Below are positions 48,198 through 58,062 of a stretch of 64,000 nucleotides of DNA, in pieces. The stretch covers positions 31,332 through 95,331 of the forward strand of contig JANRLD010000050.1 in the NCBI GenBank assembly GCA_033762915.1, written 5' to 3'. The notes below the pieces were generated by a model. The model ran no database searches. It saw only the letters and a program-made list of their open reading frames with translations, and was not told where the DNA came from. The position numbers and the translations under genes are program-made. The DNA is from Meiothermus sp. GTDB taxonomy: Bacteria; Deinococcota; Deinococci; Deinococcales; Thermaceae. The first letter of the stretch is position 1, and each line of letters opens with the position of its first letter.

Positions 48198-49376
48198 ATG
48201 AAGAAACTGTTAGCAGCACTCACGTTAGCGGCGCTGGGGGCGGTGGGGTTCGTGGGGGTCAACACCCTGCAACAGCCCGCGCTGGCCCAGGCCAACAAGC
48301 TCAAGGCCTGTTTTATCTACGTCGGCCCGGTGGGCGACTACGGCTGGACGCACGCCCACGATCTGGGCCGCGCCGCCACCGTCAAGGCCCTGCCCTGGCT
48401 CGAGACCCAGATCGTGGAGTCGGTGCCCGAGGCCGACGTTGAGCCGACCATCGATAAGCTGGTCAGCGACGGCTGCAAGGTCATCTTCGCCACCAGCTTC
48501 GGCTACGGCGACGGCGTCCTGAACGCCGCCAAGAAGCACCCCGAAGTGATCTTCGGCCACGCCACTGGCTACAAGCGCGCCCCCAACGTGATGACCTACC
48601 TGGCCGACTTCACCGACATCTACTACCTCAACGGCCTGGTGGCGGGTGCGCTCTCCAAGAGCGGCAAGGGCGGCTACGTCGCGGCCTTCCCGATCCCCGA
48701 GGTCAAGCGCCACATCGGGGCCTTCACCCTCGGGATGCGCGAGATTAACCCCAAGGCCACCGTGCTGGTGACCTGGATCAACTCCTGGTTCGACCCCGCC
48801 AAGGCCACCGAGGCCACCAACGCCCTAATGGCCCAGGGCGCCGACGTGTTCGCCTTCACCGAGGACACCCCCGCCACCATCCAGGCCGCCGCCAAGCGCA
48901 ACTTCCCCGGTTTCGGCCACTACTCCTCGATGGCCAAGTCCTCGCCCAACACCATCCCCTCCGGCCAGATCGTCTACTGGGAGAAGATCTACATCGACTT
49001 CCTGACCAAGGTCAGGAACGGCACCTACACCGCCAAGAACCTCCAAAACGTGGACTACTGGTGGGTGATGAAGGAAGGCGCGACCTACATGGGCTACGAC
49101 AACGGTGTGCCCATCAACCCCCGCTTCATCCCCGCGCTGAGGGCCAAGATCGTCACCGACAAGCTCACCGGTAAGCGCACCAACGCCTACGACCTGGTGA
49201 TGAGCCGCGTGGCTGCCATCAAGGCGGGCCGCTACAGCGCCTTCACCGGCCCCATCAAGGACCGCAACGGCAAGCTGCAGGTTCCTGCCGGCAAGAGCCT
49301 GACCATTCCCCAGTTGGCCAGCCTCGAGTTCGCCGTCGAGGGCATCGTGGGCCAGTGGGCCAACGAGCCGAAGTAA
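48198..49376 (+). CDS. BMP-family ABC substrate-binding protein (purine/nucleoside)
   Basis: Signal peptide ..ALAQ; FIYVGPVGDYGWTHAHD, ATSFGY, WFDPAK; SD GGAGGAG. Confidence 0.9.
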   Translation: MKKLLAALTLAALGAVGFVGVNTLQQPALAQANKLKACFIYVGPVGDYGWTHAHDLGRAATVKALPWLETQIVESVPEADVEPTIDKLVSDGCKVIFATSFGYGDGVLNAAKKHPEVIFGHATGYKRAPNVMTYLADFTDIYYLNGLVAGALSKSGKGGYVAAFPIPEVKRHIGAFTLGMREINPKATVLVTWINSWFDPAKATEATNALMAQGADVFAFTEDTPATIQAAAKRNFPGFGHYSSMAKSSPNTIPSGQIVYWEKIYIDFLTKVRNGTYTAKNLQNVDYWWVMKEGATYMGYDNGVPINPRFIPALRAKIVTDKLTGKRTNAYDLVMSRVAAIKAGRYSAFTGPIKDRNGKLQVPAGKSLTIPQLASLEFAVEGIVGQWANEPK

Positions 49377-49422
49377 GGCGGGGCGGACGCTACAGGCTGT
49401 AAGCTAAAGGCCAAGGGCCCAA

Positions 49423-49456
49423 AGCAAATCCCCGCCGGCACCGGCGGGGATTTGCT
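49423..49456. terminator. Strong hairpin after the BMP gene (terminator or mRNA-stabilising)
   Basis: AGCAAATCCCCGCCGG-CA-CCGGCGGGGATTTGCT, a perfect 16-bp inverted repeat. Confidence 0.7.
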
Positions 49457-49557
49457 CGAGGTGGGGCGGCTTTGAAGGGTCGGTGCCCCGTGTCCAACCC
49501 CCGCACGGCGGGTTGGCCTGTACCGAAGGCCCCGCGGCACGCCGCCTCCGAGGCGTT

Positions 49558-50862
49558 ATGAGACACATCCTGCGCGGAACCATCCTGCACACGCCGCAAA
49601 ACCCGTTCGAGGGCGGCCGGCTCGAGTCCTTCGCCGACGGCGGCCTGGTTGTCGAGGGCGGGCGGGTGCTCGAGTTGGGCGACTATCCCGAAATCGCCAA
49701 GGCCTATCAGGGCGAGGTGGTGGATCTGCGGGGCGGTCTGATCCTGCCGGGGTTTGTGGATCTGCACGTACACTACCCGCAGGTAAGGTTGTTTGGCGGG
49801 CTAGGGCTGAGGCTGCTGGACTGGCTGGAGCACAACACGCTTCCGCATGAGGCCAGGTTTTCCGACGTGGAATTCGCGCGCGCCCAGGCCAAGGAGTTTC
49901 TGCGCGGAATGCTGCGCAACGGAACCACCACGGCGGTGGTGTTCGGGGCCCACTTCGCAGGCGCGATGGAGGAATTTTTCCGGGAGGCCGAGGCGACGGG
50001 CTTTAGGGCTGTCTCTGGGATGGTGATCTCGGACCGGAATCTGCGGCCCGAGCTGCACGTCTCCAAAGCACAGGCCCTCGAGCAGAGCCTCGAGCTGGCC
50101 CGCAGGTGGCACGGTCGGGGAAAGCTGCGCTATGCTCTCGAGCCGCGCTTCGCCATCTCCTGCTCAGAGGCCATGATGGAAGCCTGTCGGGAGGCCATGC
50201 AGGAGATCCCCGACCTCTACCTTCACACCCACCTCAACGAGATCCTCGACGAGCCAGACATCATCCGCGAGCTGTACCCCTGGAGCCGTGACCGCGTTCA
50301 CACCTACGAGCACTACGGCTTGCTGGGCCAGCGCTCGATCTTCGCCCACAACATCTGCCCCACCGACTCGGAGCTGGAGCGGATGGGGGCGGCGAAAGCC
50401 TCGGTCGCCCACTGCCCGTGCAGCCACGCCTACACCGGCGCGGGCTTTTTCCCGATGCGCCGCCACCTCGAGGCCGCGGTGCGCTTCGGGCTGGGGACGG
50501 ACATCGCGGGCGGCACCGGCTTTGGCATCTTGAAGGAGGGACTCGAGGCCTACAAGATGCAAAACCTGATGCAAGACGGGGTGCGGCTCGAGCCCGCCCA
50601 CCTGCTCTACCTTGCCACATTGGCTGGGGCCGAGGCCATAGGGGTGGCCGAGGAGGTCGGCGACTTTTCGGCGGGCAAGGCCGCCGACGTGGTGTATGTG
50701 CGGCCGGCCGAAAACAGCAGCTTTGCGGTCGCGCTCGATCACGCCAGAGACCAATCCCCCGAGCGGATGCTGGCGGTAGCGTTCACCATGTGCAGCGAGG
50801 CCGACATGGGCGAGGTCTTCGTGGATGGCCGGCCAGTCTTTGCCCAGCTGGGGATTGGCTAG
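49558..50862 (+). CDS. Guanine deaminase paralog with atypical active-site motifs
   Basis: PGFVDLHVHYPQ, GTTTA, HTHLNE, GTDIAGG; differs from the neighbouring GuaD at LEPRF, HNIC and SHAYTGAG. Confidence 0.8.
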   Translation: MRHILRGTILHTPQNPFEGGRLESFADGGLVVEGGRVLELGDYPEIAKAYQGEVVDLRGGLILPGFVDLHVHYPQVRLFGGLGLRLLDWLEHNTLPHEARFSDVEFARAQAKEFLRGMLRNGTTTAVVFGAHFAGAMEEFFREAEATGFRAVSGMVISDRNLRPELHVSKAQALEQSLELARRWHGRGKLRYALEPRFAISCSEAMMEACREAMQEIPDLYLHTHLNEILDEPDIIRELYPWSRDRVHTYEHYGLLGQRSIFAHNICPTDSELERMGAAKASVAHCPCSHAYTGAGFFPMRRHLEAAVRFGLGTDIAGGTGFGILKEGLEAYKMQNLMQDGVRLEPAHLLYLATLAGAEAIGVAEEVGDFSAGKAADVVYVRPAENSSFAVALDHARDQSPERMLAVAFTMCSEADMGEVFVDGRPVFAQLGIG

Positions 50863-50939
50863 GGCCCTGCCGAACACCCACGCCCGTCCCGCCCTCCGGC
50901 AAGCCGGCAGATGCCGCAAAGCCGTATGCTACTGTGACC

Positions 50940-52262
50940 ATGCCCCTACTTCGTTCCGCCATCCTGCACACCCCGAAGAACCCCTTTACCGATGAGGGGG
51001 CGCTCGAGGTGTACCCGGACGGTGGGCTGCTGGTGGAGAACGGGCGGATTGGGGCCCTCGGCCCCTACGCCGAGATTCGGGCGCAGCACCCACAGGTTGA
51101 AACCCGCGACCTGCGCGGCGGCGTCCTCCTGCCGGGCTTCGTGGACACGCACGTCCACTACCCCCAGGTGCGGGTGATCGGCGGGCTGGGGATGCCGCTG
51201 TTGGAGTGGCTCGAGGCCAACACCCTTCCCGAGGAGGCCCGGCTGGCCGACGCGGGGTATGCGCAGGAGGTGGCCCGGGAGTTCGTCCACGGGCTGGCCT
51301 CGCACGGCACCACCACTGCCCTGGTCTTCGGGGCGCACTTCCGCGAGGCCCAGGCCGCGCTCTTCGAGGAGGCGCGGCGGATCGGGCTGCGGGTAGTGAG
51401 CGGGATGGTGCTCTCGGATCGGCTGCTGCGGCCCGAGCTCCACCAGACCCCCGAACAAGCCCATGCCGACAGCAGCACCCTGATTCGTCGCTTTCACGGC
51501 AAAGACGACCTGCTCTACGCCGTCACCCCGCGCTTCTCGCTCTCGGCCTCGGAAGCCATCCTCGAGGTCTGCCAGACCCTGCAGCAGGAGCACGCGGGTC
51601 TGCGTTTCACCAGCCACATCAACGAGAACGGCCTCGAGATCGCCACGGTGCGCGAACTCTTCCCCTGGGCCAGCGACTATCTCCACACCTACGAGCGTTT
51701 CGGCCTGGTGCACCGCCACTCGGTGCTGGCCCACAACCTGCATCCCTCCGACTCCGAGCTACAGCGGATGGGCGCGGCCCAGGCCACGGCGGCCCACTGC
51801 CCGTGCAGCAACGCCGCGCTGGGCAGCGGCTTCTTCCCCCTGCGCCGTCATCTGAGGGCCGGGGTGCGCGTCGCGCTGGGTACCGATATCGGCGGCGGCA
51901 CCGGCTTCTGCCTGCTCAAGGAGGCCCTGCAAGCCTTTTTCCTGCAAAGCGTGATGCCGGGCGGCGAGGGCTACTTAATGTCCCCCGCGCACATGCTGTA
52001 CTTGATCACCAGGGCCGGGGCCGAGGCACTGGGCCTCGAGGACCAGACCGGCGACCTCAGGCCCGGCAAGTCCGCCGACCTGGTGTACCTGCGCCCGCCG
52101 GAGGGCAGCCCGCTCGAGGCGGTGCTGCGCCACTCCGACTCGCTGGAACGCGCCCTCTCGGGCATATTCGCTCTGGCCGGGGCCGACTGCATCGCCGAGG
52201 TGTACCGGGCGGGCCGGACGGTGTACCGGCAGGCGCATTTGACGGCGGGGCGAGGAGTGTAG
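50940..52262 (+). CDS. guaD: Guanine deaminase
   Basis: PGFVDTHVHYPQ, YAVTPRFSLS, SHINEN, HCPCSNAALGSG, GTDIGGG. Confidence 0.88.
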   Translation: MPLLRSAILHTPKNPFTDEGALEVYPDGGLLVENGRIGALGPYAEIRAQHPQVETRDLRGGVLLPGFVDTHVHYPQVRVIGGLGMPLLEWLEANTLPEEARLADAGYAQEVAREFVHGLASHGTTTALVFGAHFREAQAALFEEARRIGLRVVSGMVLSDRLLRPELHQTPEQAHADSSTLIRRFHGKDDLLYAVTPRFSLSASEAILEVCQTLQQEHAGLRFTSHINENGLEIATVRELFPWASDYLHTYERFGLVHRHSVLAHNLHPSDSELQRMGAAQATAAHCPCSNAALGSGFFPLRRHLRAGVRVALGTDIGGGTGFCLLKEALQAFFLQSVMPGGEGYLMSPAHMLYLITRAGAEALGLEDQTGDLRPGKSADLVYLRPPEGSPLEAVLRHSDSLERALSGIFALAGADCIAEVYRAGRTVYRQAHLTAGRGV

Positions 52263-52300
52263 CACAGAGGTCAAACGCCGAAGGTAAACCGGGAAAAAAC

Positions 52301-52798
52301 ATGACTCTCCACGATCTAAACCAGCTTTCTCAGGCCGATTTCATAGCCCGCCTTGGGGCCGTCTTCGAGCACTCGCCATGGGTGGCCGAGTGTGCCTGGT
52401 CTGCGCGCCCGTTCGCCTCGCTCGAGGCACTCCACCAGGCCATGACCCGGTGCGTGGACGGGGCCGGCCTCGAGCCCCAACTTGCCCTAATCCGTGCCCA
52501 CCCCGACCTGGGCAGCCGGGCCAAGATGGCTGACGCCTCGGTGCAGGAGCAGGCCGGTGCTGGCCTGAACCAGCTCACCCAGGCCGAGTTCGAGCACATC
52601 ACCCAGCTCAACCGGCAGTACACCCAGCGCTTCGCCTTCCCCTTCATCTTTGCCGTCAAGGGCAAGACCAAGCTCGAGGTCTTCGCCTCGATGGAACAGC
52701 GCGTCGGCAACGACCCCGACACCGAGTTCAGAACGGCCCTCGAGCAGATATACAAGATCGCGCTGTTTCGGCTTAAGGACTTGGTTGTTGAGGGTTGA
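52301..52798 (+). CDS. uraD: OHCU decarboxylase
   Basis: VFEHSPWVA, LIRAHPDLG, SVQEQAGAGL, YTQRFAFPFI, EQIYKIALFRL. Confidence 0.92.
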   Translation: MTLHDLNQLSQADFIARLGAVFEHSPWVAECAWSARPFASLEALHQAMTRCVDGAGLEPQLALIRAHPDLGSRAKMADASVQEQAGAGLNQLTQAEFEHITQLNRQYTQRFAFPFIFAVKGKTKLEVFASMEQRVGNDPDTEFRTALEQIYKIALFRLKDLVVEG

Positions 52799-52871
52799 AG
52801 GCTGCTGGCAATTGGCGGTTAGCCTTTAGCCGGCTCCTGACCGCGAAACGCCACCCTCGGAGGAATCAATA

Positions 52872-54194
52872 ATGGCCGTTGACCCCATCCATCAAGACCG
52901 TCTGAAGGCCGTTCGGTGGCCATGGATTGTCGCCATTCTGCTAATCCTGGGCGTCGGTGTCGCGCTCACGCTGGCCAATGGCTGGCAGGCCCACGCCAGG
53001 GAGTGGCTCAACCTGCTGGTGCGCTGGCTGCACGTCATCTACGCCATTGCCTGGATTGGGGCCAGCTTCTATTTCATCTTCCTCGAGAACAGCCTCGAGC
53101 GCCAGGGCGTGCGGGCCGACCTCGCGGGCAACATCTGGACGATCCACGGCGGGGGGATTTACTACCTCGAGAAGTTTAAAACGGCCCCCCCCAAGCTGCC
53201 GCCGTATCTGCACTGGTTTAAGTGGGACGCCTACCTGACCTGGGTGACGGGTTTCTTACTCCTGATCATCGTCTACTACGCCGACCCCCGCACCATCCTG
53301 CTGGCCCCGGGCAGCGAGCTGTCGAGCTTCGCCGCAGTTGCGATTGCCGTCGGGAGCTTGGTGGCCGCCTGGTTCATTTACGTGGGGCTCTCGAGCACCC
53401 CCCTGCTCTACCGGCCCGACCTCTTCCTGCTGGTGGGCGGGGTGATTGTGGCGCTGGCGGCTTGGCTCTTGGGCACGGTCTTCAGCGGGCGGGGGACCTT
53501 CATGCACATTGGGGCGATGCTGGGTACCATCATGGCCGCCAATGTCTTCTTCGTCATCATCCCCTCGCAGAAGAAGCTGGTGGCGGCGGCGCAGAAGGGG
53601 GAGACCCTGGACCCCAGCTTCGTGAGCTGGGTGCAGTTCCGCTCGAGGCATAATAACTACCTCACCCTGCCGGTGCTCTTCACCATGATCGCCCACCACT
53701 TCCCCATGTCCTACAGCGGCGGGGCCAACTGGCTGATCTTGATCATTTTGTTTGTCGCGGGGGTGGCGGTGCGCCACTTCATCAACGTCAACGAGAAGGA
53801 GCACCACAAAACCTCTGTCGAGGGCGGGGCGATACCCTACATGCTGGTGGGGGCCGCCGCGCTGGCGCTTCTGGCTTTCTACCTGACCGCGCCCCGCAGC
53901 ACCGCTGTGGCCGCCGATGCGCCACAGGTTCAGTTCGCCGAGGTCAAGGCCATTATCGACGGCCACTGTCACATGTGCCACGCCGCCCAGCCCACCCAGC
54001 CCGGCTTCGCCTCGGCCCCGGCGGGGGTCAAATTCGACACCCCGGAGGAGATCGTCGGCCAGGCCCAGAAGATCAAACAGGTGGCGGTGGACTCGAGCTA
54101 CATGCCTTTGGTTGTGCCGCCGGTCACTGCCCTGACCGAGGCCCAGAAGGCCACCCTGGCCGCCTGGATCGCCCAGGGGGCTAAGGGGCCTTGA
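52872..54194 (+). CDS. puuD: Membrane cytochrome-c-type urate hydroxylase
   Basis: RWLHVIYAIAWIGASFYF, IHGGG, LHWFKW, RSRHNNYLTLPVLFTMI, C-terminal CHMCH. Confidence 0.9.
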   Translation: MAVDPIHQDRLKAVRWPWIVAILLILGVGVALTLANGWQAHAREWLNLLVRWLHVIYAIAWIGASFYFIFLENSLERQGVRADLAGNIWTIHGGGIYYLEKFKTAPPKLPPYLHWFKWDAYLTWVTGFLLLIIVYYADPRTILLAPGSELSSFAAVAIAVGSLVAAWFIYVGLSSTPLLYRPDLFLLVGGVIVALAAWLLGTVFSGRGTFMHIGAMLGTIMAANVFFVIIPSQKKLVAAAQKGETLDPSFVSWVQFRSRHNNYLTLPVLFTMIAHHFPMSYSGGANWLILIILFVAGVAVRHFINVNEKEHHKTSVEGGAIPYMLVGAAALALLAFYLTAPRSTAVAADAPQVQFAEVKAIIDGHCHMCHAAQPTQPGFASAPAGVKFDTPEEIVGQAQKIKQVAVDSSYMPLVVPPVTALTEAQKATLAAWIAQGAKGP

Positions 54195-54380
54195 TTCCCG
54201 CAAGGAATCTCGGTGGGGTGGGCTGCGCAGCCCTGCCACGGCAGACCTCCAACCCGTGACCCGAGGCGCTCAACCTGTGGTCGCAAGGCCCGCCATTAAT
54301 GGTTTTGACGAACCCACCGACTTGTGAAACCCTGAACGGGAGCGCCGGCCCAATGCCGGCTGCCAGCGCCGAGGTTTTAG

Positions 54381-55820
54381 ATGCCGACACTGCTGACCGA
54401 CATTCACTGCCTGGTCCCCATGACGGGGGCTCGAGACCTCCCTGCGCCCGTCCTGCGCGACGCGGCGCTGCTCGTGATCGAGAACCGGATCGCCTGGGTC
54501 GGGAAGGCCGCGGAGGCCGAGGCGGAGGTCGGGTCGAGAGGCTTGGCCGACCTCGAGCGCGTCTCGCTGCGCGACCACCTGGTGCTGCCGGGGCTGGTCA
54601 GCACCCACCACCACCTCTACCAGACCCTGACCCGCTGCATTGCCCAGGACTCCGGGCTGTTCAACTGGCTCAAGACGCTGTACCCGATCTGGCTCCGACT
54701 AACCCCCGAGGCGGTTCATACCAGCGCCTTGACCGGCCTGGCCGAGCTGATGCTCTCGGGCTGCACCACCGCCTCCGACCACCTCTACATCTATCCCAAC
54801 GGCTGCCGGATCGACGACGAGATTCGCGCGGCGCGGGAAGTCGGCATCCGCTTCCACGCCACCCGCGGCTCGATGTCGCTGGGCGAGTCTAAGGGCGGGC
54901 TGCCGCCCGACCGGGCCACCGAGGACGAGGGCTTCATCCTGGAGGACAGCGCTCGAGCCATCCGAGAGTTCCACGACCCCTCGCGCTTCTCTATGCTGCG
55001 CATTGCCCTGGCCCCCTGCTCGCCCTTCTCGGTCACCCCCGAACTGATGCTTCAGAGCGCCCGCCTGGCCCGCCGCCACGGGGTGATGCTGCACACCCAC
55101 CTGGCCGAAACCCACGACGAGGACCGGTTCTGTCTCGAGAAGTTCGGCAAGCGTCCCCTGGACTACCTGGAAAGCCTCGAGTGGCTCGGCCCCGATGTTT
55201 GGTACGCCCACGGCGTCCACTTCTCCCACGCTGACCTGCACAAGATGGGCCTGTGCGGCTGCGGGGTGGCCCACTGCCCCAGCAGCAACATGCGCCTGGC
55301 CTCGGGCATCGCGCCTATCCGGCTGATGTGGCAGAACGGGGTCAAGGTGGGGCTGGGGGTGGACGGCAGCGCCAGCAACGACGGGAACCACCTGCTGCTC
55401 GAGGCCCGCCAGGCCCTGCTCTTGCAGCGGGTGACGGACGAGTCTTTCGCTATGTACGAATCTCCCCCAACGCCCCTTATCGAAGGAGAGCAAAAACAGC
55501 GCAAAGCCATCTCGGCCTATGAGGCGTTGTGGATGGCGACCAGGGGCGGGGCTGAGGTGCTGGGGCGCGACGACATCGGGCAACTCGCACCGGGTTTCGC
55601 TGCGGACCTCATTGCCGTCAACCTCAACCGGGTGGAGTACGCAGGGGCGCTACACGACCCGCTGGCGGCGGTGCTGTTCTGCGCGCCCAGGGGTGTGGAC
55701 TTCAGCATGATTAATGGTCGGGTGGTGGTCGAACGGGGCAGGCTGACCACCCTCGAGTTGGCCCCGGTGCTCCAGCGCCACAACCGGATCAGTCAGGCCA
55801 TGATCGAGGGCACGGCGTGA
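54381..55820 (+). CDS. 8-oxoguanine deaminase (amidohydrolase)
   Basis: THHHLYQTLTR, RGSMSLGES.GGLPP, PCSPFS, HTHLAE, HCPSSNMRLASG, DGSASND. Confidence 0.88.
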   Translation: MPTLLTDIHCLVPMTGARDLPAPVLRDAALLVIENRIAWVGKAAEAEAEVGSRGLADLERVSLRDHLVLPGLVSTHHHLYQTLTRCIAQDSGLFNWLKTLYPIWLRLTPEAVHTSALTGLAELMLSGCTTASDHLYIYPNGCRIDDEIRAAREVGIRFHATRGSMSLGESKGGLPPDRATEDEGFILEDSARAIREFHDPSRFSMLRIALAPCSPFSVTPELMLQSARLARRHGVMLHTHLAETHDEDRFCLEKFGKRPLDYLESLEWLGPDVWYAHGVHFSHADLHKMGLCGCGVAHCPSSNMRLASGIAPIRLMWQNGVKVGLGVDGSASNDGNHLLLEARQALLLQRVTDESFAMYESPPTPLIEGEQKQRKAISAYEALWMATRGGAEVLGRDDIGQLAPGFAADLIAVNLNRVEYAGALHDPLAAVLFCAPRGVDFSMINGRVVVERGRLTTLELAPVLQRHNRISQAMIEGTA

Positions 55821-55913
55821 GCCTGAAACGCGCCTGTTGGGAATTGCTCCAGCGAGGGTAGGCTTGAAGTTTCTTTGGGTGCTCACCCCAGACGCCCATC
55901 GAGCCGCCCACAT

Positions 55914-56861
55914 CTACCTCGAGCCCAGCGTGTCCACCAGCGCGATCACGCACCCCGCCAGCAGCAGCGCCACGGTGATCAGCAAGGCCACCGAGAACTC
56001 GCCCTTGTGCTGCTCCGCAGGCTTCTCCACAGGCTGCGGCGCGGGCTCCCAGACGAAGGTCTGCTCCACCGAGGGCTGGGTGGGGTCTTTGACCGCGGCG
56101 GGGGCTTGCAGTGCCGGCAGGGGGTTACGGCTGAAGTAGAGCCAGACCAGCGCTATCCCGAACAGCAGGAAGCCCACCCCGATCAGGGGGTCGGGGGCGC
56201 GCTGGGCGACCTGAGCCGCGCCGGAAGGCTGGAAGTCGCCCAACAGGATCAGCAGGAAGGGGACCGAGTTGCCCACCGCATGGGCGAAGACGGTGGCCCA
56301 GATCGAGCCGCCACAGGCGATGTAGCGCCCCCAGATTAGCCCGGCCCCCAGCGCGTAGACCACCACGGCGGGCAGCAGGTGGGCCAGCCCGAACAGCAGC
56401 GCCGAGAGCCAGACCGCCGTGCCCAGCCCGTCATTAAGGCGGAAGCCACGCAGCAGCCAGCCCCTGAACAGCGACTCCTCGGCTAAGGGCACCACCACCG
56501 CCACCACCAGCCAGATCGGCAGCAGCACGTCCCAACCGGCCTGCTGGGGCAGGGCGATGTTGCCCTCGGCCTGCGGCAAGACGTTAAAGGCGAAGATCGC
56601 GAAGGAGAGCGAGACCGGGATGCTCCACAGCGGCAGCCCGAACTCTGCCAGCCGGGGCCGGCGGAACAGCTCGGGGGCCAGGGGGCGCAGCCGCCACAGC
56701 GAGGCCAGCGCGAAGCCCAGCAGCCCTAACCCTGTACCTAGATAGAACAAGAAGTCGGGCTCCCCGCAGAAGGTGAACTGACAGGGCAGTTGCAACAGCC
56801 CGATCCCCAGAATTGCTGCCAAATAGAACAGCCAGAGCCACCCCACCGCCCGCGTGACCAT
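55914..56861 (-). CDS. CPBP (CAAX/Abi) family intramembrane metalloprotease
   Basis: PLAEESLFRG, FGLAH, HAVGN; multiple TM segments. Confidence 0.85.
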   Translation of the reverse strand: MVTRAVGWLWLFYLAAILGIGLLQLPCQFTFCGEPDFLFYLGTGLGLLGFALASLWRLRPLAPELFRRPRLAEFGLPLWSIPVSLSFAIFAFNVLPQAEGNIALPQQAGWDVLLPIWLVVAVVVPLAEESLFRGWLLRGFRLNDGLGTAVWLSALLFGLAHLLPAVVVYALGAGLIWGRYIACGGSIWATVFAHAVGNSVPFLLILLGDFQPSGAAQVAQRAPDPLIGVGFLLFGIALVWLYFSRNPLPALQAPAAVKDPTQPSVEQTFVWEPAPQPVEKPAEQHKGEFSVALLITVALLLAGCVIALVDTLGSR

Positions 56862-56887
56862 ACGGCTGTTAGATTATCAGAACTTGG

Positions 56888-57922
56888 CTACGGGTTTGTC
56901 GGTAGCCAGACCGAAATCTTGGCCCCCAGGCCGGTGTCCGACTCGAGCCAGATGTAGCCGCCGTGGGCTTCCACGATGGCCTTGGAGATGTAGAGCCCCA
57001 GCCCGGTGCCCGCGATGCCGCGCTGGATGGCGTTGGAGGAGCGGGCGTAGCGCTGGAACAGCCGGTTTTGCTCGGCCAGGGGGATGCCGGGGCCGGTGTC
57101 CTGGATTTCGAGCAGCACGCCGTCCTCCTGGGGCCTCGAACGCACCCAGATTGTCCCGCCACGTGGGCAGAACTTAAGCGCGTTGGAGAGCAGGTTGCCG
57201 GTGACCTGGGCGATGCGCTCGGGGTCGAAGCAGACCGTGGGGAGGGCCTCGAGCTCCCACACGAACTCCACCCCGGCCAGCTTGGCCACCCCCGCGAAGC
57301 TGCGCCCGGTCCGGAGCAGGATGTCGCGCAGGCTGGCCGCGATGGGGTGGACAGAGAAGCTGCCCGCGTCCAGGCGGCTGGCGTCCAGCAGGTTGTTCAC
57401 CATGTCCTTGAGGCGCAGGGTGGAGTGCTGGATGTTCTCGAGGAACTCGCCGTGCTCGTCGGGGGCGTACATCTGGTTAATCAGGAGTTCGGTGAAGCCC
57501 AGGATCGAGGCCAGCGGGGTGCGCAGCTCGTGCGAGACCGAGGCGATGAACTCGGCCTTGAGCCGCTCGGCCTCGCGCTGGGCGGTTACGTCGCGGAACA
57601 GTATCAAGGCCACCTCGTCCTCCAGCGATACGATCCGGGCCTCGAACTCGAGGCTTCCCAGGCTGATTTGCACCAGCGAGGCAGTTTTCTCAAGCAGGGT
57701 CTTGTGCACCCCCTCCTTGACCTTCTCCACCATCTCCGGCGAAAGCAGCTCGCCCAGGTGGGTGCCCAGAAACTGGTCCATCGGCAGGTGCGAGACGCTG
57801 CGCCCGGCCTTGTATTCCCGGATCTGCCCCTCCCGGTCTACGATCATCAGGTCGTCGGGAATGGCCTCGAGGATGGTGCGGATGCGCTGCTCGCGCTGGT
57901 AGTCGAGAATGCTGAGTTCCAT
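56888..57922 (-). CDS. Cytoplasmic PAS sensor histidine kinase
   Basis: ILEAIPD PAS start, SHELRTPL, NLLSNALKF, DTGPG, GTGLGL. Confidence 0.9.
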   Translation of the reverse strand: MELSILDYQREQRIRTILEAIPDDLMIVDREGQIREYKAGRSVSHLPMDQFLGTHLGELLSPEMVEKVKEGVHKTLLEKTASLVQISLGSLEFEARIVSLEDEVALILFRDVTAQREAERLKAEFIASVSHELRTPLASILGFTELLINQMYAPDEHGEFLENIQHSTLRLKDMVNNLLDASRLDAGSFSVHPIAASLRDILLRTGRSFAGVAKLAGVEFVWELEALPTVCFDPERIAQVTGNLLSNALKFCPRGGTIWVRSRPQEDGVLLEIQDTGPGIPLAEQNRLFQRYARSSNAIQRGIAGTGLGLYISKAIVEAHGGYIWLESDTGLGAKISVWLPTNP

Positions 57923-57978
57923 ATGGGGCAGGGAGATCGGAGAAACCGATGAGTGAATAGTCACAAGATTACAGAACT

Positions 57979-58041
57979 GACTCAATGAAGTCTACTTTCG
58001 ACTCAACAAAGTTCACTTCCGACTCAATCCAGTCTACTGAC
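57979..58041. repeat. Three tandem 21-bp direct repeats
   Basis: GACTCAATGAAGTCTACTTTC / GACTCAACAAAGTTCACTTCC / GACTCAATCCAGTCTACTGAC starting at 57979, 58000 and 58021. Confidence 0.8.
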
Positions 58042-58062
58042 ACGGTGTGCAAAAACCGTTTA

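Noticed and set aside
52301..55820. Absence of HIU hydrolase and allantoinase as evidence of a new urate route
   Set aside because: They may be encoded elsewhere in the genome; this cannot be judged from one window
57979..58041. 21-bp repeats as a mini-CRISPR
   Set aside because: No spacers; the period is too short
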